Source: Azolla caroliniana
Taxonomy: Eukaryota > Plantae > Polypodiophyta
Reading direction: 5' to 3'
Length of the DNA stretch: 64,000 nucleotides
NCBI GenBank assembly: GCA_043228905.1
Contig: JBHGNT010000018.1
Span: 17,360,001 to 17,424,000, forward strand
Below the pieces are notes generated by a model. That model ran no database searches. It was given only the letters and a program-made list of their open reading frames with translations, and had not been told where the DNA came from. Shown here piece after piece: positions 1-13,814 of the stretch (position 1 is its first letter; the number at the start of each line of letters is the position of its first letter). The translations under genes were made by a program, and so were the position numbers.

Positions 1-2218
1 CCTTGCAGCTGAAGCGAGGCTGAACCAACCGAGTCTTCGTTCGGTTGTTAAAATATCGGAATTCTACGTGGACATTCGTCTTGCAATGAGGGCATAATGG
101 TAATGTAGGAAGACCAATCTTGAAAAAGGCGTCCAAAACCTTGAATTGGGTAGTCGTCATTGGTGCGCTCAGCCTCTTCTTCAACCCGCCTTCGGCATTT
201 ACCAGGATCGCAGCCAACTCTGCCTTCATCGCCTCAATCATGGTCGTACCATTTGTCTGCTGCTGCAGCTCTTCAAGTAGAAAATCATCTTGAGCATTAT
301 TCATGGGAGCTTTTGTAGAACCAGCTGCAGCATTACGATCTAATATAAGTTAGAAGGTTATGGAGTCAATTTACCAATGCACTCCCTATTCACATTGTAG
401 TTATGAGCAGAAGCTACTAATTCACCTGCTGATGTCGCTACTGCCTGAGGATATTCCGGACCCCTTTCCATTATTTCATGGTCTTCATCAAGTAGGAGCA
501 GTAATTGCTGCTCCAGATCCTCTGCATATATATCCGAAAATGATGTGATGGGAGGCTCTGTAGAACCAACTGCAGCATCATGATCTATATAATAGTTAGA
601 AGGTTATTTAGTCATTTGCACATATTGATTGACGTTGTACTTATGCGCAGAAGCTACTAATTAACCTGCTGATGTCCGAGGTAGAGGATATTCATAAGTC
701 CAACCAATTCTTTCATGATCTTCATCATCAAGCCCTACCTCCTCTACATAATTGTCAGCAAATAGTCTCATGGGAGCCTCTGTAGAAGCAGCTGCAGTAC
801 TCAATTTAGAAGGTTATGTACTCAATTTATCGATGCATTATATTGACATTGTAGTTATGAGCAAAGCTATTAATTCACCTGCTGATGTCGCTGGGGAAGG
901 ATATTCAGGAATCCCTTCCATTATTTTTTGGTCTTCCTCAAGAAGGAGTAATAATTGCTCCTCCAGATCCTCTGCATACATATCTGAAATTGATTTGATA
1001 GGAGGCACTGTAGAACAAGCTGCAACTTCATGATTTATATAATAGTTAGAAAATGATTAAGTTATTTGCCCATATTGACTGAGATTGTACTTATGCCCAG
1101 AAACTACAAATTCACCTTCTGATGTCTGAGCTGGAGGATATTCAAAATTCCATTCAATTCTTTCATGATCCTCTACATAATTGTCAGCAAATGGTCTGAT
1201 GGGAGCCTCTATAGAACCAGCTGCAGCTTTACGATCTAATATAAGTTAGAAAGTTATGTACTCAATTTATCGATGCATTATATTGACATTGCAGTTATGA
1301 GCAGAAGCTATTAATTCACCTGCTGATGTCGCTGGGGAAGGATATTCAGGAATCCCTTCGATTATTTCTTGGTCTTCCTCAAGAAGGCGTAATAATTGCT
1401 CCTCCAGATCCTCTGCATACATATCTGAAATTGATTTGATAGGAGGCCCTGTAGAACCAGCTCCAGCTTCATAATCTATATACAAGTTAGAAAATGATTT
1501 AGTCATTTGCCCATATTGATTGGCATTGTACTTATGCGCAGAAGCTGCTAATCCACCTGCTGATGTTCGAACTGGAGGATATTCAAAACTCCATTTGATT
1601 CTTTTATGATCTTCATCAAGATCCCGCTCCTGTCCATAATTGTCGGAAAAGGGTCTCATGGGAGGCGCAGTAGAACCAGCTGCAACGTCATGATATAAGT
1701 TAGAAAATGATTTAGGTATTGGGTCTCTGCATATATTAACAGAATGGGAAAGCAGGGGTTTCCTAATTCACCTGCTGATCTCAGAGCTGGTGGATCTTCA
1801 CGACTGTCTTCAATTATGCAGACAGATGTGACGGGAGATTCTGTGGAACCCGCTGCAGCTGTATCATGCATAAACATTTCAGAAACATGTTTACTATTTT
1901 TATTCGCACACATTTATTGATATTGGAAGCTCCTAATGGACCTGCGGATGTCAGAGCTTGAGGTATCTCTTGATTTTCCTGATGTAGGAGCAGGAATTGC
2001 TCCAGCTCATCTGCATATAAGTCCACATTGTCGTGGGACGTTGATGTGACGGGAAGTTCCAAGGAGTCAGCCCTGATTGATTCATCATCTTCTGTTTGGT
2101 GGAGCAATTGAAGCACCAACTGTTGGAAGTCTTCCACTTCCGTCTCATGTAATAGTAATCCTGCGAATTCATCATTAGGAATGATTTGGGTATCTCTGTC
2201 TACGCCAGCAGGAGCCAT
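1..2218 (-). CDS. Repeat-exon Dof-like zinc-finger gene, copy A (3' end runs off the window)
   Basis: Predicted exons 2218-1942, 1858-1772, 1679-1557, 1475-1320, 1235-1116, 1025-879, 791-666, 584-426, 339-<1. Introns are GT..AG and phase 1, and internal exons are multiples of 3. The last exon reads ...CPHCKTNVHVEFRYFNNRTKTRLVQPRFSCK. Some exons need a nearby in-frame alternative AG. Confidence 0.8.
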
Positions 2219-4831
2219 CCTATTAGAACGATCGACAATTGATCAGATACGATTCTGCAGGTAATGTCCTACCATACTAACTAGTATACGATTCTGCTGG
2301 TAATTTTGTCATTTCCATATATTAAGAATGTGGGTTCCTCCTTACTCTGCAAGGCAACTGCTGTTCAGGCCGTCTCGATGAATGGGTGGCGATGGTGTTC
2401 AAAGGCTCTCTTCTTTCTCTTTCTGTCTGTGTTCGAAATGCTTTGTCTCTACTGTTCTTCTGTCGGAAAAAGGGCAGAAGACAGTTTTGCGTTTTGTGTA
2501 CGCAATCGTGGGTCGTTGGATCCTGACGTCCATCCGACGGCCCACGGCTCATGCCGTCCTTTTATTTTTCAACGGCTGGGATGCCCTCGGTTTCTTTCTC
2601 TTCATTTTTCTCTTTCTTTCCGTAGAATACTCTTTCTTTCTAGTTTTTTTCTTCTGGTTAAAGAGTATTATCCTCTTTCTGGTAATACTGGTATTCTCTC
2701 TCGCAATTTTTCTATGTTTTGACTCGCGATGATCGCAATGGCAGTGGTCACTTCACAATCGCAATAAAAAGAAGAAGCAAATTGCAGGAGCAAATTCCAA
2801 CCTCTCATGATGTGAAGAATGCATATGTGCACTGTTAGAATATCAAGAATAAGAAGTTATTATAAATAAGAAATATATCCTAAATAAAGAAAATAAAAAA
2901 TTAAGTAATGTAACCACCTATTAAGGTGACTTAATGTAATTAGAAAAGTAGCACATACAATAGCTTTGCCTTGTGTATGTTGGACTGTTTAACCTCAGGA
3001 ACCTTGCCTATTCCTTTAGCCTCGAGCCTATCCATGTTAAGACTCAGACACATGCCACTTTACCATATACTGTGGGAGGGCTATGGTTTGAGCATTCTAT
3101 GGTATTGAATATAATCGTTGTGTTTTTTTTAATTATTGGTTAATTACATTAAGTTCGTGATTAATAGAGATCCTGCTAACAGCTTAATTTAAGGGACACT
3201 AAATACTGGAGGTGATACATAAGATGGTACCTCAAGGAAATCATCTTCTGTGGCAACATTAATATAGGTTCAAAAATATGCTTATCCTTCGGCATTTGCT
3301 TCCTCACAACAAACGCGGTAATATGCCTCTATTTGGATGAATCAAAGGGATGCTTGTGGCATGAACATCATGGAACAAAATCAGGGAAGATTTCTCCCAT
3401 ATGAATTCTCACAGACTTCCAAAAATAAGGAAAAAAAGATATTCCTTAACCTAGGCCCATTTGTTTGGATCAAAGTTATGTCTAGTCTAGATAGATAAAG
3501 AGGAACAAATCAAATGGATCCTTCACACACTAATTTTCCCTGATTTGCAATGAACAGCAAAACGAGAATCATTTATATGTCTCCATGTGGATGCATCTGA
3601 AGAATGAATCACCATAAACAGAATGCATGACACTAAGAAACAAGCAAAAGAGATACTTCCCAAACAAAATTTTCCTAGTTTTTCATATGGGAAAAAAATT
3701 GGAGTTCCACAATAGGAATCAAAAGGGATGAATGATCCCAAATGTCAATGGAGAGCATGGCACGAACATTGACAAAAGATCAAAGAGATATTTCTCGAAC
3801 ATCTTTTCTCAATCTCCAATGAAAACAAGACCTCCATTAAATGCACGATCCAAATCTCAACAAAAGAGGATGGGATGACGATTCAGAACAAAAAATCCAA
3901 ATAGACTTTATACCAAAGCATTTACCCGATTTCCAATGAAAGCAAAAAAACAAACTCTTTCAAATGTATCTGATTGGATGAAGGATAAATGAAGATGACG
4001 TTTTCTGGGAAACTCACCTGAATGTTAAGCTCTAAATCGAAGATATTTCCCAAACTAAAAGTTTTAGATTGTTTACTTCTAGCAAAACATGATTAAACAG
4101 TAATGAAAATTAGGACAAGTGGCCGCCTCATTCTCTAACTTTCCCCGTTTATTTCTTTTCTTCAAATCTCTCTACACTTTCTCCAACTTTTTACTCTTAA
4201 CTTACAGATTTTGATCCAAACCAAGGAAAGCGATGCTGTAAGAAGGTGAGTACATCCAAGGAACCTGGAAAGAGAGAGGAACAAAAACAACAGTGGTTCA
4301 ATGAGAAAGAAAAGAAAGATCAAGACTTTAGGGTTTTGTTGGGGTTTCTCTTGCATTGTGTGTTTAGACCCCTAATTAGCTAACAAAAAAGCATATTATT
4401 ACATTGAATTCATCAATCGGTGACACATCATACTCATGCCACCTGAAATAGTGCATACCATATCAATGATCATACACATGCCTCGTGATATAAAGCTTTA
4501 TAAACGCAAAAACTGAGCTCTTGGCCCTTCATTGTACCATCAAAGTGTAAACCATCCCCTACATGCTGCAATGAACCATAAATCACTACGATTAACCTAC
4601 AGCATTGGGTTTGATATGAGCAAAAGCATTACATAGATTTGATTTCTGTGTATTCTTGGGCTTTGTAGATGGGATGTGATCGTGGCTTCCTTCTCAATAG
4701 AGGCCATCATCTCTGCCTTGGCAATGCTTTGTTTTGGGGGAATAATACTAGCATTTAGATTGAAGACGTTCTCTGCATAAGTGAAGTCGGGAAGGCAAGC
4801 TTGGTAAATCATGAATGAGGCAATAGCCCTA

Positions 4832-4883
<52 letters not shown>

Positions 4884-5050
4884 TGTGAGTTTGTGTCTGT
4901 GAGATGGAGATGATGAGCTTCTTCTTCTTCTTCCTGCGCAGGCATGTAAATTATTTGAATCATTTGAATTATGTTTTGTTTGTGTAAATTATTAATGAGT
5001 TGATGGGATTACATGCGATGCACGGGACATGGTGGTCATTTATGCCCAAA
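2219..5050 (-). promoter_or_regulatory. Conserved upstream/5'-UTR block of copy A
   Basis: Homologous to the regions upstream of copy C (~50800-52420 and 54400-54856) and copy B (~11990-16880 and 23450-24016). Its function is inferred from position only. Confidence 0.45.
4835..4880. repeat. (TG)n microsatellite
   Basis: Directly visible dinucleotide run. Confidence 0.95.
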
Positions 5051-5062
5051 TGTCTCGAATTT

Positions 5063-5064
5063 TA

Positions 5065-5119
<55 letters not shown>

Positions 5120-5184
5120 GTGTACGTGTACGTGTACGTGTACGTGTACGTGTACGTGTACGTGTACGTGTACGTGTACGTGTA

Positions 5185-5227
<43 letters not shown>

Positions 5228-5290
5228 GTGGATGTGTATGTGTATGTGTATGTGGATGTGTATGTGTATGTGTATGTGTATGTGTGTGCG
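5063..5290. repeat. Compound hexamer microsatellite (TATGTG)n-(TACGTG)n-(TATGTG)n
   Basis: Directly visible; it explains the YV/MC/HI low-complexity ORFs. Confidence 0.95.
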
Positions 5291-6184
5291 TATAATCATT
5301 CTCATTGGAGGTGCTCGTAGAAGAGTTGCTCCTTCAGCTTGGCATCCAAGTTTAGTGAAAATAATGGATATGGTTTTGGAAATATATGTTTAGCATTTTC
5401 CTAAGATGTTCTTTGTTTGGTGAAGCCCAAGTATGTGAAAGGAATATGCAGCTATGCCAAAGGTCGTAGCACAAAACACTCTTGAAAAGGAGAATTGATT
5501 CAATGAAATATCATCATGATGCCATATCTAGAATGAGATGTTGATTAGTGTTAGGTTGTTTGGAAAGATTCCTCGATTGTTGCTCTTGTGTGTAGTCCAT
5601 ATACCCAAGGTGCTCGCGTGATGATTACAAGAGCAAGAGATCACTATAATACAAGACTATCATGATTGGGAACTACTTATACCCCCAAGTACTTGCATGA
5701 CTCCTAGTTATGGAGTACGACATTTGGCATTGAGTTGATGCAACATGTTCTCGAACGATATAGCTCCACGAAACATTTGTGAGTATGTTGCCATTATGAT
5801 CACATGACATGTAGAATAAATTTGTACCAAGGAGAATGGTTTGCATTTTATACTCGACACAATGCAACCTATATTCCAAGCCCTTCAAGCCGAAACTTGA
5901 AGAGTGTAAAATACAAAAACAATTGCTTGCACCAATATTATTTGAGTGAATAAATTACAATCTCATAATCATGTTTATCAATAAGGTCATTTGGCTGTGA
6001 TTTTGAAGAGTGATTTCAACGCAATGGATTAAAGATATCGGAGACCTGAATTGAGTGGAAACAAATTCAACATCATGTGGGAAGCATTTAAGGTTTACCA
6101 TAACGTATATTGTGTGGTTAGTGCATATATGGAGCCAACATCTACCATTGATGGATGTTGACATATTGACCCTTTGAGCCCTTA

Positions 6185-6745
6185 TTGAGGAGGGCAAAGC
6201 ACATCCGGAGGGACCTGTCTCCCAACAACATAATCGCAGCTCATGCAACAATTAGATGCCCTCAACATCCTTATAAATATGCAATGGGGAATCTATCATT
6301 GCATGACTATGGTATCAGAAACAGAGCGGTCTCATGGTGGTCACATTATGTGGGTAGCACAATTGAAGTAAAACAAGGATACCGTTTGTTACCTACTCTC
6401 TTTGGTCTTTATATAGATGAGGTGTCACATTACATAGAGAGATTGAGCAATCCAAGAGCATGGCTAGCATATATATCCATACAAATATTACTATATGTTG
6501 ATGATATTGTGTCGATGGATAGATTGATAGCATGTATATCCATACAAATATCTATTGGGGATATTATGTTGTTGACACCCCCGAAAAGACTACAAAGGTA
6601 TCGAAATGCCTTAAAAGTATTTTGTATGGATAAAGATATCTAAATAAAACTAAAGTGATGGTATTTAATGCAACACAAGCATGAGGAACAAGATCAACCC
6701 CATAATTCTTCTTGGGAGAGGAAAAGGTAGCATACGCACAATCCT
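6185..6745 (+). pseudogene. Degenerate LINE reverse transcriptase fragment
   Basis: STIEVKQGYRLLPTLFGLYIDEV...ILLYVDDIV resembles STIGVKQGCPLSPTLFGIYIDE...ILLYADD of the LINE at 17.7-20.3 kb. Confidence 0.75.
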
Positions 6746-9633
6746 CCAAGCACCAAGGATTCCTTCTTGGAAGAGGAAAAGGTGGATCTCCGGACCTGAG
6801 TTTTGACGATGAGGTCAGCGAGGCTGAAATGCCTCCGGATGACAATGAAATCAAGACCCTCGATGAGAGTCCGATTTCATTTAGGCTAAGTGGACCGAAC
6901 GAGCGACTGGGTTGGTTTGACCAGTCCAAAGAAGAGCGGGCGAGTAGTGGAGACTCAGTCGTGCATTCCCCGCGCAGGAAGCCAAGGAGACGGTTTACGC
7001 GAAAGGAAAAAGGGAAGAAGAAGATGCCGGAGTATGGCACGGATAAGGGCAAGTCGGAATGACGCAAATCCGACTTCGAGAAGAGAGATGACGGACCTTC
7101 GAGAGCGAAGTCCGCGTCAGCCAAGAAAGCCTCAACATCGGCTAATGAGCAATTACGCCGATCTACCCGCCAGAAGAACCTTGTTGTGCGGTTCGGATAC
7201 AACAAGTACATGGCGCATCACTATGCATACATGACACGTGTAGCGGAAGCGGCGAAGGACACAAATTGGCATGCCGCAATGGAGGAAGAGATGCGCACAT
7301 TGGCGGAGAATGAAACCTAGGACCTAGTTGACGCACCGAAGGGTGTGAAGCCGATCGGATGTAGGTGGGTGTACAAGGTCAAGTACAACACTAACGGCTC
7401 GATCAACTGATACAAGGCCCGGTTAGTAGCGAAAGGCTACGCGCAGCAATACGGCATCGACTACGATGAGATGTTTGCGCCAGTCACAAAGATGACGACC
7501 GTCCGTGTTTTGCTTGAGGTAGCTACGGCGAAGGGGTGGCACTTACATCAGATGGATGTCAAGAATGCGTTCCTGTAAGGCGAGCTTGAGGAACAGGTGT
7601 ACATGGTACAGCCCCCCGGATTTCACTTCGGAATGAACACCTCGGCGGTCTACCGGTTGAAGAAGTCCCTTTATGAACTAAAGCAAGCCCCGCGTGCTTG
7701 GAACACGAAAATCACTCAGCGATTGCGTCGGATGGGATTTGCAACCTCCAAATCGAACTCTTCCCTGTTCATTCGGCAAGGTCGACTCGGGCCGGTTAGT
7801 ATTTTACTCTATGTTGATGACTTGGTCATCACCGTCACCGACCTAGGTGAAATTGACCGTGTAAAGCTCCAACTCGCAGCATCGTTGGACATGAAGGACC
7901 TGGGGGACCTTCATTACTTCCTCGGGATCGAAGTGATCCGTACCCCCAAAGGCATACTGATCAGCCAATGGCATTACGTGTTGGGTATGCTCTTCAAGTT
8001 CGGGATGGCAGTTTGTAAGTCCGTCTCGACTCCTCTGGATAGAACCGTCAAGCTTCGCCTCGACTTTGGAAAGGTTTGCGACCCAACGAGGTTCCGACAG
8101 ATTGTCGGAAGCCTCATCTACTTGACTATCACTCGACCAGACCTCAGTTAGCCGGTCGGTGTGATTAGTCAGTTCATGGTGCGGAAAACTGAGGAGCCCC
8201 TTCAATGCGCACAACGCGTACTCCGGTACGTCAGTGGCACTAAGGACAGGGGCCTACTATATCGGACCGATATTGCCGTGCAGTTAGTCAGTTACACCAA
8301 TGTTGATTGGGCCGGAAACGCCGACGATTGCCGATCCACATCCGGATTCGCGTTCTCTCTTGGGAGTGTTGCGATCGCGTGGAGTAGGAAGAAGCAACCG
8401 ACAGTTGCATTGTTGAGCACCGAGGCCGAGTATAGAGGAGCCGATGTCGCAACATGCGAAGCCATCTGGCTGAAACGGCTACTTAAGGATTTGCGGATGG
8501 AGGTGTCCGATCCGACAACGATCTATTGCGATAACCTCAGTAGCATCCAATTAGCGAAGAACCCTTACCTTCCACACCCAGACTAAGCACATTGAGGTGC
8601 ACTACCACTTTGTCCACAAGCATGGCCTCTCCGGTGAAGTCGAACTTCAGTATGTTCCAACAGCTTGGCAGACCGCCGACATTTTCACCAAGCCTCTTGG
8701 TCTTGACAAGTTGTGGCAATTCTCAGGTGCACTTGGGTTGTGACACCTTGATGTGCTGAACTTGAGGGGTAGAGAATTCCCGGAAGACCACAGAAGGGAG
8801 CAGGAAAGGAGCAGAAGAGACCATGACGCCGAGTTGGATGACGAATTCGATTTCGGGTCGGTTGAAGAAGCCGAGGGCGTATTCGCGAAAGAGTTCAAAA
8901 GCGGACGTGAGGGCAGCAGTCGAATGAAAGAGCCGAAGCCAACCAAGCATGGGGGAGATGAAGCTAACTCGAATGAGAGCGAAGACCGATCAGAGGAAGC
9001 CGATTCGGTTCGGAGACGCCGAATCAACCGAGGGCCAAGCGTAAGAAAGGGCAACCGAAGAGGCGCCAACACCGCGACAACAAGGGAGCTGAGAAGTGCT
9101 GCACGAGAATACAAGCCGATTGGAAGGGTCGAGGCACGCGGAATCAAACAGGTCGAGGAGCACGAGCGAGGCATGAATCTAGAAGAAACTGGAGCGGTGA
9201 TTCGGAAGAACCAGAAGAGCCTCAAGTTGAGCTTAAGGGGGAGCGTTGCGATACAAGCTCAACATTGGCCAGATCGGCTGTGCAAGCCAAGAACCGGATC
9301 GGTTGGGACCGATCGGTTAGGCCAAACCGGGTGCACAAACTGGTGCGCAACAAGAAGTCATAGCGATGCGTAGGAATATATTTTGGGAGTTAGTGTGAAG
9401 CTCATTTATGAGCATTGAAGTACGTGTCAATACTTCTGTTAGTCCATATGGACTTATATAAAAGTGCTCACTGAGCACATTCTATGTACAGATTGAGTAT
9501 TATTTTTTGAACAAATTGTGTGTATTCTCTCTCTCTCTTTCTCCCGCGTACTCTGTGTGTGTCCAAGCTCTCCATTAAACCAGTGTTTTCCTACGTTCTG
9601 CTTCTATTGCTTCCGCATGTTGTTCTTTTCACA
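6746..9633 (+). mobile_element. 5'-truncated Ty1/copia LTR retrotransposon (RT-RNase H with stops, PPT, 3' LTR ~9244-9633)
   Basis: Copia RT motifs ([33 protein letters not shown]) and RNase H (STEAEY, IYCDN, ADIFTK) with in-frame stops. PPT AAGGGGGAG at ~9235; the LTR ends ...TTCACA. Confidence 0.88.
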
Positions 9634-10420
9634 AAATTAAACAAGGGAAAGACAACTTAGTAGAGATCAAGATCAAGAACTGAACAATACACCGAGAGAG
9701 AGAGAGAGACTCAAAGAAGTAGACAATGTCACTGTATTATTCCTAAAGTTACTACAAAATGACAACACTCACATCATCATCATGACGTGAGGAATGTGTT
9801 TCTTTTGTTTGATGGAATTGGAACATAGTATGTGTTTCCTTTGTTCCATTTGAATTGGTGTGTAGGGTGGGATTGAGTTTGTAGGGTGCCATTGGAGGCC
9901 AATTGCAATGGGCCAAGGACAAGGGGTGCCAACAAAATGTGGAAGGTGCTCAACTGTTCCCCTAGATGAAGGAAAGGGTTGATGTGTCCGTCTAATGGTA
10001 AAAGGAAAAGCAACACATGTGGTTGCAGTAGAAGTTGCCGGGTGGAGTAAACAAGGCCCCTTCCATTGTTGATCTTTTGTCCTACTCAGTGTCTACTTAT
10101 ACAAGCCAAGGGCTCTTTCACTATGTCACCCATTGTGGGTTTTTATTCAATCTCCCTTCCAAGTTTCTACAAGAGAATGGACAAGAGGAGGTAAGAATAC
10201 ACACACCTTTATCATTCCTTTTGCCTCGTGGTGGTCCATCAAGTTTGTCAAGGATTCGTTACGAATGGCAACTTTTGACGAATTATGCATTTCATACTAC
10301 GATTTCCCAATAGACCTTGTCATATTTCGCTACCGTACATACATTAAGAATGTTGTGTAATATTTAGCTCCCGAGAAGGGTTCTATACTTTAGTAAAGTT
10401 AATTACGGAAAGGGGGAGAG
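9634..10420 (-). mobile_element. LTR-like remnant interrupted by the preceding copia
   Basis: Same sequence as 39096-39670, 40705-41590 and 62176-62550. The 39 kb copy begins TGTTGG next to a reverse iMet-type PBS. Confidence 0.5.
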
Positions 10421-12555
10421 AGAAATATTGTTGTATTTCCTATTTTTCTGAACAGAACTGACGAAGGAAATAGAATGTCAATTTGCTAACCTAGGCTTCT
10501 GAACATACAATGCAGGGCCATCACAATTATCCTCGATGCTTTGTTCCTGTTTTTATTATTATGAATTATGAACAATTTGTGAGTTGGAGTTTGCCATTGC
10601 ATGCAACAATACAAAGGTGTTAGATTAGAACACAGAATGACCAACCATGAATGGGTACTAATTCATAACCATGCAGGAAAAATGTGGTATCTAACTCACA
10701 CATTGGTAGGCAATGGTGGAAGCCACAATAAATTTGCATTGGAGACATGACCACGATTTTCCTGTGGTAAAAATACATTTCAAGCACAACATGCACAATA
10801 GCTTCCATGTGGTGTCGAGTCGTACCTAGTGCTGGCGCGCTCGCTACAAGAGTTGACCCACCATAAGACAGAGTCTCGACGTAGTGAACAAGATGATTAA
10901 ATGAGGGTAGCTAGGCCTCTTATTTATAGTGATACCCAAGGCCCCCAAGCAAGTTCACACTTGGCCTAATGGGTTGTCTCAATCCCGAGGATTAAAAGTA
11001 ATCCTCCCCTTCTTTACACTCTCGTTTAACCCTCACACTTATCCACGTGTATAGAATGCATAGTCTAAGTGACATATTGTATCTAGGATGAAGATTTTAA
11101 TGGAAGATTGGATCAATGCAACTGAATTGAATAAATTAATATGTTAACATGATCCCATTCCTTCTTATTGATAGCCCAATGTGATCTACCATACGTGCAT
11201 TCGCATTCAAGAATGATTCAATGAAACGTGTATGGTAAATTATTTCAAAGTTGGGAAAAAAATAAAGATTGGAATTTCAAAAAATAACTATGGTCTATCT
11301 TATATATTGATTGAATCAAAAATTGAAAGTTCAAAACTTAGGAATTACTTAACTACTAAACATTAGAAAGCACAAACATAAAAATCAAATAATTCAAAGA
11401 CATAATTGTATTGATGATGAGCTCATCTTGCAATTATCGATTTTCTCATATTGCAACTAGTGAAGGTATCAATTTCTTCACTTTAGAACTTTACAAAAAA
11501 ATGAGTATGAACTATAGAGATTGAATAAAAAGATGTCATTATACATTATAATCAAACGTTCAAAAACTCATAAAACGTATAAGAAAACATGAGGCTAACA
11601 TAAAAATTTATTATGACATCACACTAAAGAGAGAGAGATAGGGAGAAAATTGGAATTCGAACCCAAGACATACATAAGTGATAGTAGCACAACAACTTAC
11701 CACTAGGGTGAGCTCATCATCAATAACACAAAAGGATAAATAAGAAAAAACAAGAAACACCTAAATTTCCCCTTTCAAACGTTTGTATGCTTGCATGAAC
11801 ACGTTTATTACGTTATATGGATCTAACCATCTCTCAAAACAAACTTGGAGAAGGTAACAATGTGTGAATTTACTAATATGTTAGGCCATGGCCATATTGC
11901 CATCCGTCGACTTTCCTTTATGTCCACGAATGTGAAACTCGCGACATGTCCATGATATCTAATGCATGTCCATGATATGTATCTCATGCATGGCATGCAA
12001 TCCCATCATCTCATTAATATTTACACAAACAAAAAATAATTCAAATGATTCCACTTCATTTATGTATTTCATGTATTTATTCATTTAATGGCTTGAACGT
12101 ACGAAAAGTCTGCGAAAGAAGTAGCAACAGAATACGAAGAAGAAGTAGCTCATTATCTAGTTCCTGCTTTTCTCCATCTCCATCCCCACTGATCCTCTAA
12201 ATCATGATAATAGAGATGTTGTCACAAATGGATTAGCAAGTACATACCCTTAGTATCTTTAGCTATAAATACTTTAATGTTGGTGCTTGCATACTTGATT
12301 GACTAACGCCTCTAGTATGCCACTTCTTTCAAAATACGAGAGAATGCTCCTAATTTAGGAGTTGAGAAGTATTCTAGGTTTTTGTTAACCACTAGGAAAT
12401 ATTTTTGGAAAGTCATACGATTCTCATCTTAGGTGGAATTTTCATGTTTGACGGAAGATTAGATTCAAGATAACTCGACTCTATAGGTAAAATGATAACA
12501 GGAACCTAGTCCTCCTTAAAGCCCTCCCTAACAAACGAAATCTCAAAACACATCG

Positions 12556-12559
<4 letters not shown>

Positions 12560-12588
<29 letters not shown>

Positions 12589-13665
12589 GCAAATGTCCTT
12601 GAAACTCATGCTTTTGCTCATGTCTCCTCATGCATATTGATATAATAAACCATCTCATGCATGCATGCATGACCATGATGACCCATCTATGCATGGGGGT
12701 GGATGGTACATCATGATCCATCATCCCTAGTTAATACATACATACATGCATAACATATGTACAAAAGCAAAAGCAAATAACAGTTTCGAATGAATGATTC
12801 CTCTCTCTCTCTCTCTCTCTCTCATTCACATTCAATGAAATGCTTTGCCGCCCTTCATTCATTTCTAATTCTTCTTCAAACCCATGAATGATGAAATGCC
12901 TGCAAAATATGCTACCTGCCATAGCCCGTACCCCCCTAGAAGAAGATGTCATTTCTCTCTCTATCTCAGTTTCTCAGAGAACTTACCCTCGCATTCTCTG
13001 TCACCGAAGATGATCAAATCCAAGCATTGAAGTTTACATGACAGCCACACCAAGTGGTTGTTGGCTAAAGAATCTGCAGTTAGTAACAGTCATTATATGC
13101 ATGTATCCATTCTTCCTAGTCGTATCAATAAAAGGTCTTGAGAGAGACCCTCAGAAGATCATTTGAACAATTGCCCACTGCTGAGCCCACCTTTGCCATG
13201 ATCATCATCTCCCCACAATTTGTGACCATATTGCCCATTCATCGACCACACACACACATACACATTTATAATGTACGCAAGGATTCCTTTATAATGTCAC
13301 TGAAACTCATGCCTCATGCATATTGATATAAATTTATAATATAAACCAGCTCATGCCATGCATGCATGACCATGATGACCCATGACATGCATGGGGGGTG
13401 GATGGTAAGTACATATATCATCCATCCCATCATCTCTACTTAATGCATACAAACATATGTACATACATGCAATTAATACATACGTACATATCTACAAAAT
13501 CAAAAGCAAATTATAGTCTCGAATGAATGAATGATTCCTCTCTCTCTCTCTCTCTCATTCACATTCAATGAAATGCTTTGCCGCCCTTCATTCATCTCTG
13601 ATTCTTCTTCAATCCCATGAAATGCCTGCTGCAGCATTCTGTCTGCCATGAAGAAGATGTCATCA
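12560..13665 (+). repeat. Local dispersed duplication of a ~400-bp CATG/microsatellite-rich block (~12560-12960 and ~13250-13665)
   Basis: Shared tracts such as CTCTCATTCACATTCAATGAAATGCTTTGCCGCCCTTCATTCAT at ~12820 and ~13555. Confidence 0.8.
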
Positions 13666-13738
13666 TCATCATCATCATCATCTCTCTCTGTGTTTCAGTG
13701 GAGGTGAGGTGGCCATTGATTGGAGCCATTCTGTTTGT

Positions 13739-13754
<16 letters not shown>

Positions 13755-13812
<58 letters not shown>
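13755..13812. repeat. (GA)n microsatellite
   Basis: Directly visible. Confidence 0.95.

Positions 13813-13814
<2 letters not shown>

Larger units (their letters stand above)
5940..11872 (+). repeat. Segmental duplication, copy 1 (copy 2 at ~58560->64000)
   Basis: Collinear, highly similar sequence and matching ORFs (5955/58573, 6185/58879, 6712/59361, 8753/61428, 10620/62748), apart from a few indels. Confidence 0.92.

Noticed and set aside
360-548. Identical 62-aa ORF at 360-548 and 55944-56132
   Set aside because: It is the antisense shadow of a recently duplicated exon/intron, not an independent gene.
5000-5393. Low-complexity ORFs (YV, MC, CV, HI repeats)
   Set aside because: Translation artefacts of a microsatellite.
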